IMG/VR virus record: IMGVR_UViG_3300037126_000152
Span: 1 to 39,981 of that record
DNA length: 39,981 nt
Strand: one strand, 5' to 3'
DNA from: a virus
Lineage: Duplodnaviria; Caudoviricetes
Below, piece by piece: positions 1 through 8,483 of this stretch. Below the pieces are notes generated by a model that worked only from the letters and a program-made list of their open reading frames with translations, did not search any database and was not told where the DNA came from. The position numbers and the translations under genes were made by a program. Within the stretch, counting starts at the first letter, position 1; each line of letters opens with the position of its first letter.

Positions 1-127
1 AAAGGTCTGCTGCTTGGGTTACGCAACCGATCTAAAAGAAGCAATAGCCCTGGCAGAGGCTCTCGGAGAAGAGCCTGTGGCAAACGTGGACCATTGCGAC
101 GCCGCGTCTAACGATGGGGCATTCTAT
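1..127. repeat. Terminal direct repeat, copy 1 (circular assembly overlap)
   Basis: Bases 1-127 are identical to 39855-39981; 127 nt is a common assembler k-mer length, and an ORF reads through the junction. Confidence 0.95.
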
Positions 128-496
128 ATTTATGTTGTCCGGTCCCTTCGAAAGCGGGTCAGGGTACCTTACTGGACACCAGCAGAACCATCCGTAACAG
201 GTTCGCCGTCGACGGGATCGCTACCCATATTTGCCATGGACGTGACAGAAGATGGAGACTGGGCGCGCCTACGTGTCTGGCCGGAAGGTTTATTTCCCGA
301 GGAGCCCATGGTTCTGGGATACGCCTTCGATATCGAAGACGCCATCGGACGACTGAAGCGAAATGGAGAGTCGGTGCTTAAACATGCGATCCATCGGCCT
401 CCTCCGGATGAGAAACCGGGCTTTTATATCTATGTGCAGACGCCTCCTGTACATAAAAAACAATTTTCAAATGAAGTTTTTTATACGGTGAAATGA
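2..496 (+). CDS. 3' part of an origin-spanning hypothetical protein (start 39751) with two copies of a novel ~70-aa domain
   Basis: The frame of ORF 14..496 continues upstream across the overlap to ATG 39751 with an AGGGAGG RBS; internal repeat LGYATDLKEAI...GAFYIYV / LGYAFDIEDAI...GFYIYV. Confidence 0.8.
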   Translation, partial: KVCCLGYATDLKEAIALAEALGEEPVANVDHCDAASNDGAFYIYVVRSLRKRVRVPYWTPAEPSVTGSPSTGSLPIFAMDVTEDGDWARLRVWPEGLFPEEPMVLGYAFDIEDAIGRLKRNGESVLKHAIHRPPPDEKPGFYIYVQTPPVHKKQFSNEVFYTVK

Positions 497-691
497 ATGG
501 GGAAAATGAAAAAGCCAAACCCGACTGAGCAGACGGGACTCTACCCGATCTACTGTGTGCCCCTGTGGACCGAGGAAGATCGAGTCCATTTCATTAAAAT
601 CACCGGCTTAAATCGCGCTGAATATCTCCCCCACACACGGGGACCTAAGAAAGAATTCTATGCCCCCGTATGGGGGACCCACGCACCATAA
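497..691 (+). CDS. hypothetical protein
   Basis: 64-aa ORF directly abutting the upstream stop and ending just before the terminator. Confidence 0.55.
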   Translation: MGKMKKPNPTEQTGLYPIYCVPLWTEEDRVHFIKITGLNRAEYLPHTRGPKKEFYAPVWGTHAP

Positions 692-692
692 C

Positions 693-728
693 AAAAAGCC
701 CGGAAAAAGTAACTTTTTCCGGGCTTTC
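693..728. terminator. Bidirectional intrinsic terminator where the two genome arms converge
   Basis: Perfect 15-bp stem AAAGCCCGGAAAAAG-TAA-CTTTTTCCGGGCTTT (695-727) between convergent genes. Confidence 0.85.
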
Positions 729-746
729 CTCGTTTCACTTCATTTC

Positions 747-1133
747 CTAGATTGCCTTACGTCCGACGATCCCGATCACCGAATACACCACCGCATCAGT
801 CGCCGCAGTCGCCGTGACCCTCATGTATCGGGCGCGCGGCTGGGGAAAGGCGATGGTCGTCAGCCCCGCCACGTCGATCACAGTCGACGTGGCGTTCCCC
901 AACGTGGTATCGGGTTCGGCGGTAAAAGTTGAGTTATCGTCACTGTATTCCAGCACGACAGTCAGCTCGCCCCCCGTCCCGACGCTGGAGACGTTGATCA
1001 AAAACGCGCCGCCCCCGAGACTGCCGGCAGTGTCCACGCCTGTGGAGGACTCGCTCGCAGCAGCAGCCAGAGAGGCGTGCGCCTCATTCAAGGTTGGAGC
1101 ATAATTCGACGCAAAATCAAACACACTTGTCAT
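747..1133 (-). CDS. Putative capsid decoration/head-associated protein
   Basis: Immediately downstream of the major capsid gene with AAAGGA RBS; small Ala/Thr/Ser/Val-rich beta-type protein (VDTAG...FLINV...YMRV). Confidence 0.65.
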   Translation of the reverse strand: MTSVFDFASNYAPTLNEAHASLAAAASESSTGVDTAGSLGGGAFLINVSSVGTGGELTVVLEYSDDNSTFTAEPDTTLGNATSTVIDVAGLTTIAFPQPRARYMRVTATAATDAVVYSVIGIVGRKAI

Positions 1134-1145
1134 TTTATTTCCTTT

Positions 1146-2372
1146 CTACGCCGACACTTTGAGGGGAATGAACGCTTCGGCCAGGGTAACCGTGCCGCCC
1201 ACACGCTTGGTGGCGTAGAAGGTGACCTCACTGAACTGTTGGCGCTCTTGATCGTTTCTGGAGATCTCCATGGCCATTCGATCCAAGATCGTGTACCCCC
1301 GACTCAGGGATCCGAAAACGATGGGATACGCCCCGGCGCCGACCGCTGGCATTCCGTTTGGATTGAGGACCTCAAAACCAAAAAGGGTGGACACACGAGG
1401 CTCGCGGTTGTTCGGCTGCCACAGATACTGTCCGGTCGTGTCTTTCATCGCAGCAAGTAAAAGCTGCGTGGCGCGGGACATCATGAAAGTTGCGTCGGCC
1501 AGATAGACGGGATTCAAACCGTGAACAAGGGCCTGTACCTTGTCCAGGGTCGTCCCCAAAGTCGTGGCGGACCCACTTACCACTGCATTATCAAGCACAT
1601 CGGCATGGGTCAGGATGCCGTATGGTTCCAAAGCGCCGTCACCAACCATGAACACGCGATCTTCTTCGGCGGCGATGCCTTCACCCATCAACTGCGAAAG
1701 CGTTTGCGCCAGATTTCCGGGCGTGTCGTCCAGAAGAGCGCGACGAATAGGCAGTCGGCAAACTGCTTCTTGAACCTTCGCCATGACCGAACCTGTGGTG
1801 ACCGAGGCATCCGGAATGGAGGCGCCCTTCCCGGTCCAACTGACCGCCGGACGAGAGATGACAGGAACGTCAGCCGATGCGCCGGAAACGGGCTGGATAG
1901 TGGCGCGACCGCGAATCACCGCTACTTCTTGTGCAGCCACCAGGATGTCGTCGATGAACTCCATGGCAGACAGACTGCCGCCCGTTAAATCGGAGGCACC
2001 CGTCAGGGAGCGTTGCAGATATGCGGTGCGCTCCTCTTCATCCTGACGCCGAAGGGCTTCGAGGCTATCAAAGCTGATGAGCGGAGCCCCTGCCGGACGG
2101 AGGGAGAGCAGATCGGCGACCGCACCGACAGGCACGCGGGGAACTCCGATCCCGGAGCGCGTTTTGGATTGCTGTTGCACTCGTTGGAGCTGGTCATATT
2201 TTTGATCCAAAGCTGCGTAATCGCTTTGGATCTTTTCCAACCTTTCGGTCGTGTCTGAGGCTTGCTGTTGATATTTGGTGAGCTCACCCATCGCCTGATC
2301 GTACGCGCGTCTGAGGTCTTCGACGACGTAGCCGATCTTGTCGAGGGTGTCTTTTGTGGCCGTATCAGCCAT
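1146..2372 (-). CDS. Major capsid protein, HK97 fold
   Basis: N-terminal coiled-coil delta domain; motifs GDGALEPYGIL, MKDTTGQYLWQP, TLFG, IVFGSL, RVGG typical of HK97-family capsids; start MADTATK after AAAGGA RBS. Confidence 0.93.
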   Translation of the reverse strand: MADTATKDTLDKIGYVVEDLRRAYDQAMGELTKYQQQASDTTERLEKIQSDYAALDQKYDQLQRVQQQSKTRSGIGVPRVPVGAVADLLSLRPAGAPLISFDSLEALRRQDEEERTAYLQRSLTGASDLTGGSLSAMEFIDDILVAAQEVAVIRGRATIQPVSGASADVPVISRPAVSWTGKGASIPDASVTTGSVMAKVQEAVCRLPIRRALLDDTPGNLAQTLSQLMGEGIAAEEDRVFMVGDGALEPYGILTHADVLDNAVVSGSATTLGTTLDKVQALVHGLNPVYLADATFMMSRATQLLLAAMKDTTGQYLWQPNNREPRVSTLFGFEVLNPNGMPAVGAGAYPIVFGSLSRGYTILDRMAMEISRNDQERQQFSEVTFYATKRVGGTVTLAEAFIPLKVSA

Positions 2373-2452
2373 TTTTTGTTCCTTTGATAAAAAGAAGGGG
2401 TATATCAAATCAACGGAGGACCACTAAGAAGAACCCTCCGAGAGGGTCTGGA

Positions 2453-2629
2453 TTAGGAGCGCTCCCCAATGAAGACGCTTGCGGTGGCCACGACTGCGGC
2501 CAAGAGACTATTCACGGCTTCGGCCTCTTCAGAAGAGAAGCCAACCAGCACCAGAAGCACCGAAAGACCAGCCCAGGAGGAAGGCTCCCGCAATCGGGAG
2601 ACCAGGAAACGAATGATGGGGTTATCCAT
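2453..2629 (-). CDS. Small two-TM membrane protein, putative holin
   Basis: MDNPIIRFLVSRLREPSSWAGLSVLLVLVG...LLAAVVATASVFIGERS, 58 aa; two hydrophobic segments and an RL.EPS.W.G motif seen in small phage holin-like proteins; start overlaps the protease stop. Confidence 0.6.
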   Translation of the reverse strand: MDNPIIRFLVSRLREPSSWAGLSVLLVLVGFSSEEAEAVNSLLAAVVATASVFIGERS

Positions 2630-3791
2630 TTTTGAATCTCGTTTGGCTATCTGTTTGAAGAGCCGACAGTTTTTCCCAGATGCGATAGACTGCCTCGGGA
2701 GGAAGGGCGGGCTCCTCTTCGACCGCAGGGGAAGGCGATTCCTTTCGGCAAGAGCATCGAGAACCGCATGATTTTTCACGGGTTTTTCTGTAGTGCTTCC
2801 AGGTCGCAGGAAAGTAGCGGACCAAGGCACTGGGCGGGATTTTGGACGTGTCTCCCGTGGACAAGAAATTTTCGGCTTCCGCAAGGGTCAGCGACGTCTC
2901 CTGACTGAGCTGTGCAGCCGACCGGCCTTTCACGTCCTCGATCCGCGCAAGTAAGGCATTGGAAGGAGGGAAGTAAAAGCGCGTGCGGTCCGATGAGTCA
3001 TCTGCTTGGAGTTGCTCGATTTCTTCAAGCAAGTCCCCCGCTCGGAGCATGAATTTTTCCGGGGAAAATTCATCGAGCAAAGGGTTTTTTAGCATATCCA
3101 TCAGGTCGGCGCGAATTTGCGCCGAAGGAAGTTGATTTGGATTTTTGCGTGTTTCAGCGGGCCGGTCACCGATGCCGCTGTCGTCGGTGCCGTTGTCTTC
3201 GCCGGAAATCTTGCCCTTTTCTTCGACGGCATCAATAACCGCGCCCAGTTGTGAAGGCGACCGAACCACGGAAACTTCCAGCAATTCGATCAGCGTATAC
3301 GACGTGATGGGGTCTCCGTCGAGATTTTCCGCTTCGATGGCCCGCGCTTCAATGGGCCTGAACCCGATCGAAAAATGAGAAATGGTACCGGCCAGGAGAT
3401 GTTTTACCGCTTCTTGGCCTTCCCAGTCCGTAGAGGTGATAAGCGCCGTCACCAGAAGACCTTTGTCGTCTTCAACGGCTTCGGTGACCTTGCCCAAAAA
3501 ATTGTATTTTTCGTGGTTGAATAACACAGGAATCGCGCGGGCGCTGATCTTTTCCATATTTTTGGACAGATTGGCTACGCATCCGCGCTCAAACACGGTC
3601 ATATGACGGTCGGGGGTATCCCAAAGCATGGCATACCCACTGATGACCAACGTCTTATCAGCCCGCGTACGGACTGAGATGATGTTGCCCAGGCTTGCGT
3701 CGGGTTCGCATCGGATTGCCCAGCCGGGAAGCTCTTCCACGGGCATTTTTTGGCGCTTTTTCAAGCGCTTGACCAGTTCATCGTATTTCAT
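2622..3791 (-). CDS. Prohead (HK97 family, S78) maturation protease with C-terminal extension
   Basis: ISGYA..WD..D, VLFNH, EDDKGL, FSIGF, LLEVSVV..P motifs; about 200 extra residues follow the protease domain. Confidence 0.9.
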   Translation of the reverse strand: MKYDELVKRLKKRQKMPVEELPGWAIRCEPDASLGNIISVRTRADKTLVISGYAMLWDTPDRHMTVFERGCVANLSKNMEKISARAIPVLFNHEKYNFLGKVTEAVEDDKGLLVTALITSTDWEGQEAVKHLLAGTISHFSIGFRPIEARAIEAENLDGDPITSYTLIELLEVSVVRSPSQLGAVIDAVEEKGKISGEDNGTDDSGIGDRPAETRKNPNQLPSAQIRADLMDMLKNPLLDEFSPEKFMLRAGDLLEEIEQLQADDSSDRTRFYFPPSNALLARIEDVKGRSAAQLSQETSLTLAEAENFLSTGDTSKIPPSALVRYFPATWKHYRKTREKSCGSRCSCRKESPSPAVEEEPALPPEAVYRIWEKLSALQTDSQTRFKNG

Positions 3792-4118
3792 CTAGACGGG
3801 CTCCTGATGAGGGCGGTTCTTTTTGCTCTTGAGTCCGGCTGAGGGTTTTTCCGCCTTTTTGTCCCCAGGTACGATGCGGACTTCACGAGTTTTTGCATAT
3901 TCGATCAAATCTTGGCGATCGTAGAAGACGTAATGCCCTCGCTTGTAGTAGGGCAGGCATACCCTCTTGTTGTGTCCCGCCCTCCAGTTGGCCAGGGTCG
4001 ATGTACGGACGCCCAAAAACTCTGCGGCTTGCTTGGGGGTCCAGCGGGTGTCTTTTTCAACGGTGGTGGCGGCTTCCGAACAGGAATCCGGGACCTGAGA
4101 TTCGTGCGTGGCGTTCAT
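3792..4118 (-). CDS. Helix-turn-helix DNA-binding protein (excisionase/AlpA/HTH_17-like)
   Basis: WTPKQAAEFLGVRTSTLANWRAG...LPYYKRGHYVFYDRQDL; GAGGAG RBS. Confidence 0.85.
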   Translation of the reverse strand: MNATHESQVPDSCSEAATTVEKDTRWTPKQAAEFLGVRTSTLANWRAGHNKRVCLPYYKRGHYVFYDRQDLIEYAKTREVRIVPGDKKAEKPSAGLKSKKNRPHQEPV

Positions 4119-4233
4119 AGTACTCTCCTCAAGCTATGTGATTGTAAATGTCTCACCATTTTAGCCGGATGAGGGTATTTGTGTAGGTTTTTTCAGCATA
4201 ATGAAGGAAATGAGAGGTGGTTGAAGAGAATGC

Positions 4234-4263
4234 CTTATCAAACTGATGATAATGGGATATGTT
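4234..4263 (+). promoter_or_regulatory. CTTATCA-class promoter for ORF 4300, followed by palindrome GGGTGAAAATTCACCC (4264-4279)
   Basis: cTTATCA-17 nt-TATGTT; same arrangement at four other gene-proximal sites. Confidence 0.5.
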
Positions 4264-4299
4264 GGGTGAAAATTCACCCCGATCACAGAAAGGAATGAC

Positions 4300-4629
4300 A
4301 TGAAAATATCCATGGGAAAATGGGGAGGACTGCCCTTTGCGACGGAAAGAGCGGCCAAGGCAGGGCTGACACGGAAACGCCGCGCGAGGGGAGTGGCAAG
4401 CCTTCCGCGCGGGTACCGCTGGAAGGTGGTCGGCGATGCGGATGGCTATTGGATCGAGGGTACGCCAAGAACAGAGGCTGAAAAAGCGAGGGAAAAGGAA
4501 CGGAGGGCACAAAAGAAGAGGGAGAAGGAGAAAAGCGAAAGCCGGGACGACGACGACGCGATTGAAGCGAAAGCCCCACGAGGCGTCCCGCCTGGAAAGC
4601 AGCGGTATTTTATCGCAGGCTCCGTGTAG
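4300..4629 (+). CDS. hypothetical basic/charged protein (moron-like, opposite strand to neighbours)
   Basis: ATG with GAAAGGA RBS, own putative promoter, followed by a stem-loop. Confidence 0.55.
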   Translation: MKISMGKWGGLPFATERAAKAGLTRKRRARGVASLPRGYRWKVVGDADGYWIEGTPRTEAEKAREKERRAQKKREKEKSESRDDDDAIEAKAPRGVPPGKQRYFIAGSV

Positions 4630-4691
4630 GTAGCGTCGGGGCTGACATAGACGACGTCCGAGCAGAGCGTCGGCACATCCAGGTTTTGAAC

Positions 4692-4729
4692 AAAAAAAAT
4701 CCCCGAGAGATATGGATTTCTCTCGGGGA
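4692..4729 (-). terminator. Intrinsic terminator ending the tail operon
   Basis: TCCCCGAGAGA-8 nt-TCTCTCGGGGA stem with an A8 tract on the left (U-tract on the minus strand). Confidence 0.75.
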
Positions 4730-4871
4730 AAGACCACGCCAACACAACGAAGGGAGAGGCTACAACGGATCAACGACACAACGACAAAGGAGAGATGCTA
4801 TGACAGGAGGAGAGTAGCAAAAAATCGGGTGGATGGGAAGGTTTTTTTTTAGTTGGTTTTGGGCCTAAACC

Positions 4872-5192
4872 TCACCAAATAGTCGAGATAACATGCGTTG
4901 GGTGTAAGATGGTTTGGTTTTTACGAATGAAAAGCCTAACGAGCCAAAAAGAACCGCCCACGCCTGAATCCCCCATATGGCGCATATAATATCCCCCTCC
5001 TTCTATTGTTTTAATATAATCGTATATTGCCCCGGTTGGGGGTGTTATATATAAATAATTATCCTCTGGCGTATACGTAAACCTAGTGCGAAACTCTGTT
5101 TTGTGTACTAAAGACTCGGCTAGTTCCACCTGCACATTACTACTGTAGCCACAGCGAAATAGACTTCCCGCTGGTATAGGAATACTATACAT
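4872..5192 (-). CDS. hypothetical protein, low GC, translationally coupled to the upstream tail gene
   Basis: 106-aa ORF overlapping the stop of 5185..6879; shares its AT-rich composition. Confidence 0.55.
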   Translation of the reverse strand: MYSIPIPAGSLFRCGYSSNVQVELAESLVHKTEFRTRFTYTPEDNYLYITPPTGAIYDYIKTIEGGGYYMRHMGDSGVGGSFWLVRLFIRKNQTILHPTHVISTIW

Positions 5193-6879
5193 GGTATATC
5201 ACACTCCCGTCTTTGAAATCGGTGATTGCGGTGTTGGTCATCTTCCAGACCTTTTGCTGCTTATCGACTATTACAGGAATTAAAATAGCGGCATAATAGC
5301 CTTGCATGGAGACTGTAAAAGTTATGGAGAATGGGGATAAGTAGGCATATGGGCCGTAGCTAGCAAATATTGTATTAGAAAATGCCTGTACAACATTTCC
5401 GTTTTTGATCAAATACAATGATGATGTTTGGGTTGGGGCTCCGTATAAGCTTAATCCGGACCGCAAAGTGATAAAAACTTGCCTTCCTACGTGTTGTTGG
5501 TCTAAATCTGTACTATCATAAAAATCAGTATATCTAGCACTAAAATCGCCGAATGTATATGTGTAATCTCCGCCTTCCCCATAGGGCGTTCGTGGTAATA
5601 GCCCGGAATACCCACTTGGAAATGGCGATGCCGTAGGAACTGTGAGTGCGTTATATCTGGCACTAAACTGACTGTCTGTCCTGCCCATCAATGCAATATT
5701 AATAAGAGTGGAATCAGGTAAGATATAAGCTGTTTCTGTCGAATTAACCCTCCACCCCCCGCCCGGCGTTATTAATTCTTGCTTAATAATTTCGTACGAA
5801 TCTCGTGAATATTTTATAATAAAATATAGTATAAAAGAAGAATCTTCTGACATAGTTATGCGATGATCATACTCCCCCAGACGACTGCGAGAAGCGTTGC
5901 GCCATACTATTGGCTCCCCCTCCCAGTAGATGTCAAAATTTTCCTGCGGGACAAGTCCTAAATAGGTTGCCCCGTAGTAAATTTCGTATTGTTCTATTGC
6001 ATTTCGTACCCACGTATAAAACAAATTAGCCAAAACCTTTCCACCCTTCCACCCTCTAATCTGTCCTCCCTCCCACGCCTTCGGCAACTGCACCACAACC
6101 TCGTCATCCGCCTGCACAACCCAACCATCCGCGCTCAACTCATCCCAACCCACATCAATCTCGCCACTATTAATATTCAAATCAATCTCCCGTGGCAACG
6201 TAAACGCGCTCGGAATCGGATTCCGCCACTTTGCCGCATCCAGCGTCACCACAGCCGTCTGCGCCCCTTCATCCACACTTTCCACCACTCCAGTCCGAAA
6301 AATTGGAAAGCCCTTGTCGCCTCGGGGACGCGCCATGGCGTCTCGGATCGATTGCAGAGGAGACTTGCTCAGGGCCTGCACCAGCGCGCCGTCTGTGGTC
6401 TTCTCATAGGCCGCAAGACCGGGTTTGATGTAACGATTCCAGCCGCCATCGGCATTTGGAACCTCCCAGATACCGATTTCGCCCGTCAAGCCTGTCGTCC
6501 CGTCGATCGAAATCAGCCACTCTTGCGGATTTTCTGGATGTCGAGATTGATAATACGCGAGGGCCTTGCGATAGGAGACCTCTGACGCTTTGTTGGCGTC
6601 CAGGCGGCTTTGTAGGGCATCAACCTCTCGTTTGGCTTGCTCCCACGCACGGCGATCTTCCACAGAGCCAGTAGATTGAAATTGAACCCATGCGTCGCCT
6701 TGACGTGTGACCGCGCTTTGCCACTGCGAGTAAATCCCCGGTCTTGCGGTGGTCAGCTCTATGATCTTCACTTCTGCCGTTTGGATTTTTTGATCCAGTT
6801 GCGCTCTTTCGTATTGGATTTCAACCAGATACGTTCCTGGTGTTTCGGTGGATTCTTCGATGATAGTTCCGCGCGACAT
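5185..6879 (-). CDS. Putative tail tip/central spike-like structural protein with divergent C-terminal half
   Basis: Last large gene of the tail operon; N-terminal MSRGTII...G.YLVE, coiled coil, then OB-like GVVESVD..TAVV...DEVVV segment; AT-rich C-terminus. Confidence 0.6.
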   Translation of the reverse strand: MSRGTIIEESTETPGTYLVEIQYERAQLDQKIQTAEVKIIELTTARPGIYSQWQSAVTRQGDAWVQFQSTGSVEDRRAWEQAKREVDALQSRLDANKASEVSYRKALAYYQSRHPENPQEWLISIDGTTGLTGEIGIWEVPNADGGWNRYIKPGLAAYEKTTDGALVQALSKSPLQSIRDAMARPRGDKGFPIFRTGVVESVDEGAQTAVVTLDAAKWRNPIPSAFTLPREIDLNINSGEIDVGWDELSADGWVVQADDEVVVQLPKAWEGGQIRGWKGGKVLANLFYTWVRNAIEQYEIYYGATYLGLVPQENFDIYWEGEPIVWRNASRSRLGEYDHRITMSEDSSFILYFIIKYSRDSYEIIKQELITPGGGWRVNSTETAYILPDSTLINIALMGRTDSQFSARYNALTVPTASPFPSGYSGLLPRTPYGEGGDYTYTFGDFSARYTDFYDSTDLDQQHVGRQVFITLRSGLSLYGAPTQTSSLYLIKNGNVVQAFSNTIFASYGPYAYLSPFSITFTVSMQGYYAAILIPVIVDKQQKVWKMTNTAITDFKDGSVIYHV

Positions 6880-6908
6880 GATCGGACTCCGGGAGAAAAT
6901 TTTTTTAG

Positions 6909-6937
6909 TTGACGGGTGAAAAAGAGTGAGATATAGT
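6909..6937 (+). promoter_or_regulatory. Sigma70-type promoter of a moron island
   Basis: TTGACG-17 nt-TATAGT preceded by an A/T tract (UP-like element). Confidence 0.7.
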
Positions 6938-7087
6938 CCCTATTAATGATTAAGTATGTGTCGCCCCGAGAACAGCACCATAGCTCAGAAACTGAGCTAT
7001 GTCATCGGAAATTACGTGATGTTAGGAGGGAATGCCCAACATATAAAAAATAAGGTACAGAACACCAAGAGCAGGGAGAAGAAAAAC

Positions 7088-7159
7088 ATGACCGAACACG
7101 AAGTAGAATGGCTCGTACTCATCCTCATGATGATTACGGGCAGCATCGTAATGTGGTGA
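7088..7159 (+). CDS. Putative 23-aa hydrophobic peptide
   Basis: GGGAGAAG RBS then MTEHEVEWLVLILMMITGSIVMW; single TM helix; 3' part of track ORF 6956..7159. Confidence 0.4.
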   Translation: MTEHEVEWLVLILMMITGSIVMW

Positions 7160-7317
7160 AATATGATTTTCCAAGGACAAATATGAACTGTGACCTCCTA
7201 TCCTTGGTTGCGTTCCATCGAATCTGTCATATTTGCCACGATCGCCGATTAGATACGACCGTGGCTAAGGATTAACCAGCCGTACGGCTCAACTCAACAC
7301 AAAGGAAGAACAGAACA

Positions 7318-7674
7318 ATGCGCACAAGGAACAAGAACAATATCGTACCAGCTGCGGTCACTGCCGTCATCTCCGTAGCCATCCTATTCGCCCTGGGCGC
7401 GAGTGTCCAGACAGTCGGTTTGACGGTCCTCGTCGCAGTCGGGATGAGCATGGTGAGGGGCATGATGTGGCACGCCTTGATATTAACGGGCCTGATCGTC
7501 GTCACGTCGCTTATGACAGCTTCGCTGTCGCAGGGGGTGGAAATTTTCACAACCCCCCAAGGCTTCGCGATGTTGTATGTCTTTTCCGTGGGATGGCTCA
7601 CCGTGTTCCGGGGCATTTTCCTGGCCGGGGAAAACCTCATCGCATGGTTCCGTAAGCCAGCTATCCAACTGTAA
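7318..7674 (+). CDS. Multi-pass membrane protein (moron)
   Basis: AAAGGA RBS; about four hydrophobic segments; followed by a terminator; opposite strand to the surrounding tail genes. Confidence 0.75.
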   Translation: MRTRNKNNIVPAAVTAVISVAILFALGASVQTVGLTVLVAVGMSMVRGMMWHALILTGLIVVTSLMTASLSQGVEIFTTPQGFAMLYVFSVGWLTVFRGIFLAGENLIAWFRKPAIQL

Positions 7675-7699
7675 ATCCTCCCCTCCCCTCCCGTAGCAC

Positions 7700-7735
7700 A
7701 AACCCGCAAGAGATCCCCTCTCTTGCGGGTTTTTT
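7700..7735 (+). terminator. Intrinsic terminator of the moron island
   Basis: AAACCCGCAAGAGA-TCCCC-TCTCTTGCGGGTTT stem running into a T-tract. Confidence 0.85.
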
Positions 7736-8402
7736 ATCCAGCCGCCTGTTCCCAAATCGACATGATCGCTGTCGTATCCGTCACCGCCGTCTGGATCCTC
7801 TCCACCGCATACGTCCCGCCGTTGATTTCCACTGAATCCCCAGGCCTCAATCCAGGAATCACCTCCGTACGCCAATACTTTTGACCATCCGTTGCATTTT
7901 CTGTGATTATCTTATCTATTTGATAGGTCTGGGGGTTTTCGTTGGTGATGACGCTTGCCCCGTACAACGTCGTCGACTGCTTCATCGCTCCTCTTTGGTA
8001 ATCAAACCGTAAAAAATCCACAGTCGTCATAGTTTCCCAAAGCGTGGGCTCTTGGTTATACGCCGCTTTTGCTGTCTGCAACATCAAACTCCCGTTCAGC
8101 CGCAAAGCAATCTCATCAACCAAACCCGTCACTTTAGGCACGATCACCGTCACTGTGCGCTTGCCCTCAAGAGTATCCGAAAACGAAAACGAGGACGGTC
8201 CCATGACAAGATCCGTTTCACCGTCTGCCGCTCCCGTCAATATCGCCCGGTACAGGGTATTATTTTGCGGGGAATCCGCAAAAATAAATTGCAATCGAAC
8301 ACTTGACAAAGAATCAATCGTCAGCGTATCGACCGTGATAATTCGGATTTGCATACCGATATCGGATATCGGTGCGGCAGAAATAGCATGCAAGCCCAAC
8401 AT
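7734..8402 (-). CDS. Putative tail/baseplate hub protein
   Basis: In the tail operon; probable start MLGLHAISAAPISD after GGAG RBS; C-terminal PGLRPGDSVEI..GTYAV segment typical of hub-like tail proteins. Confidence 0.6.
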   Translation of the reverse strand: MLGLHAISAAPISDIGMQIRIITVDTLTIDSLSSVRLQFIFADSPQNNTLYRAILTGAADGETDLVMGPSSFSFSDTLEGKRTVTVIVPKVTGLVDEIALRLNGSLMLQTAKAAYNQEPTLWETMTTVDFLRFDYQRGAMKQSTTLYGASVITNENPQTYQIDKIITENATDGQKYWRTEVIPGLRPGDSVEINGGTYAVERIQTAVTDTTAIMSIWEQAAG

Positions 8403-8483
8403 GGGGGTCTCCACGTGCGCCGGAAAATGATCCGTCCGGCGCACGAAAGGGGTTAGTTTGTCACGATGTCCGTCAGATCGTAC

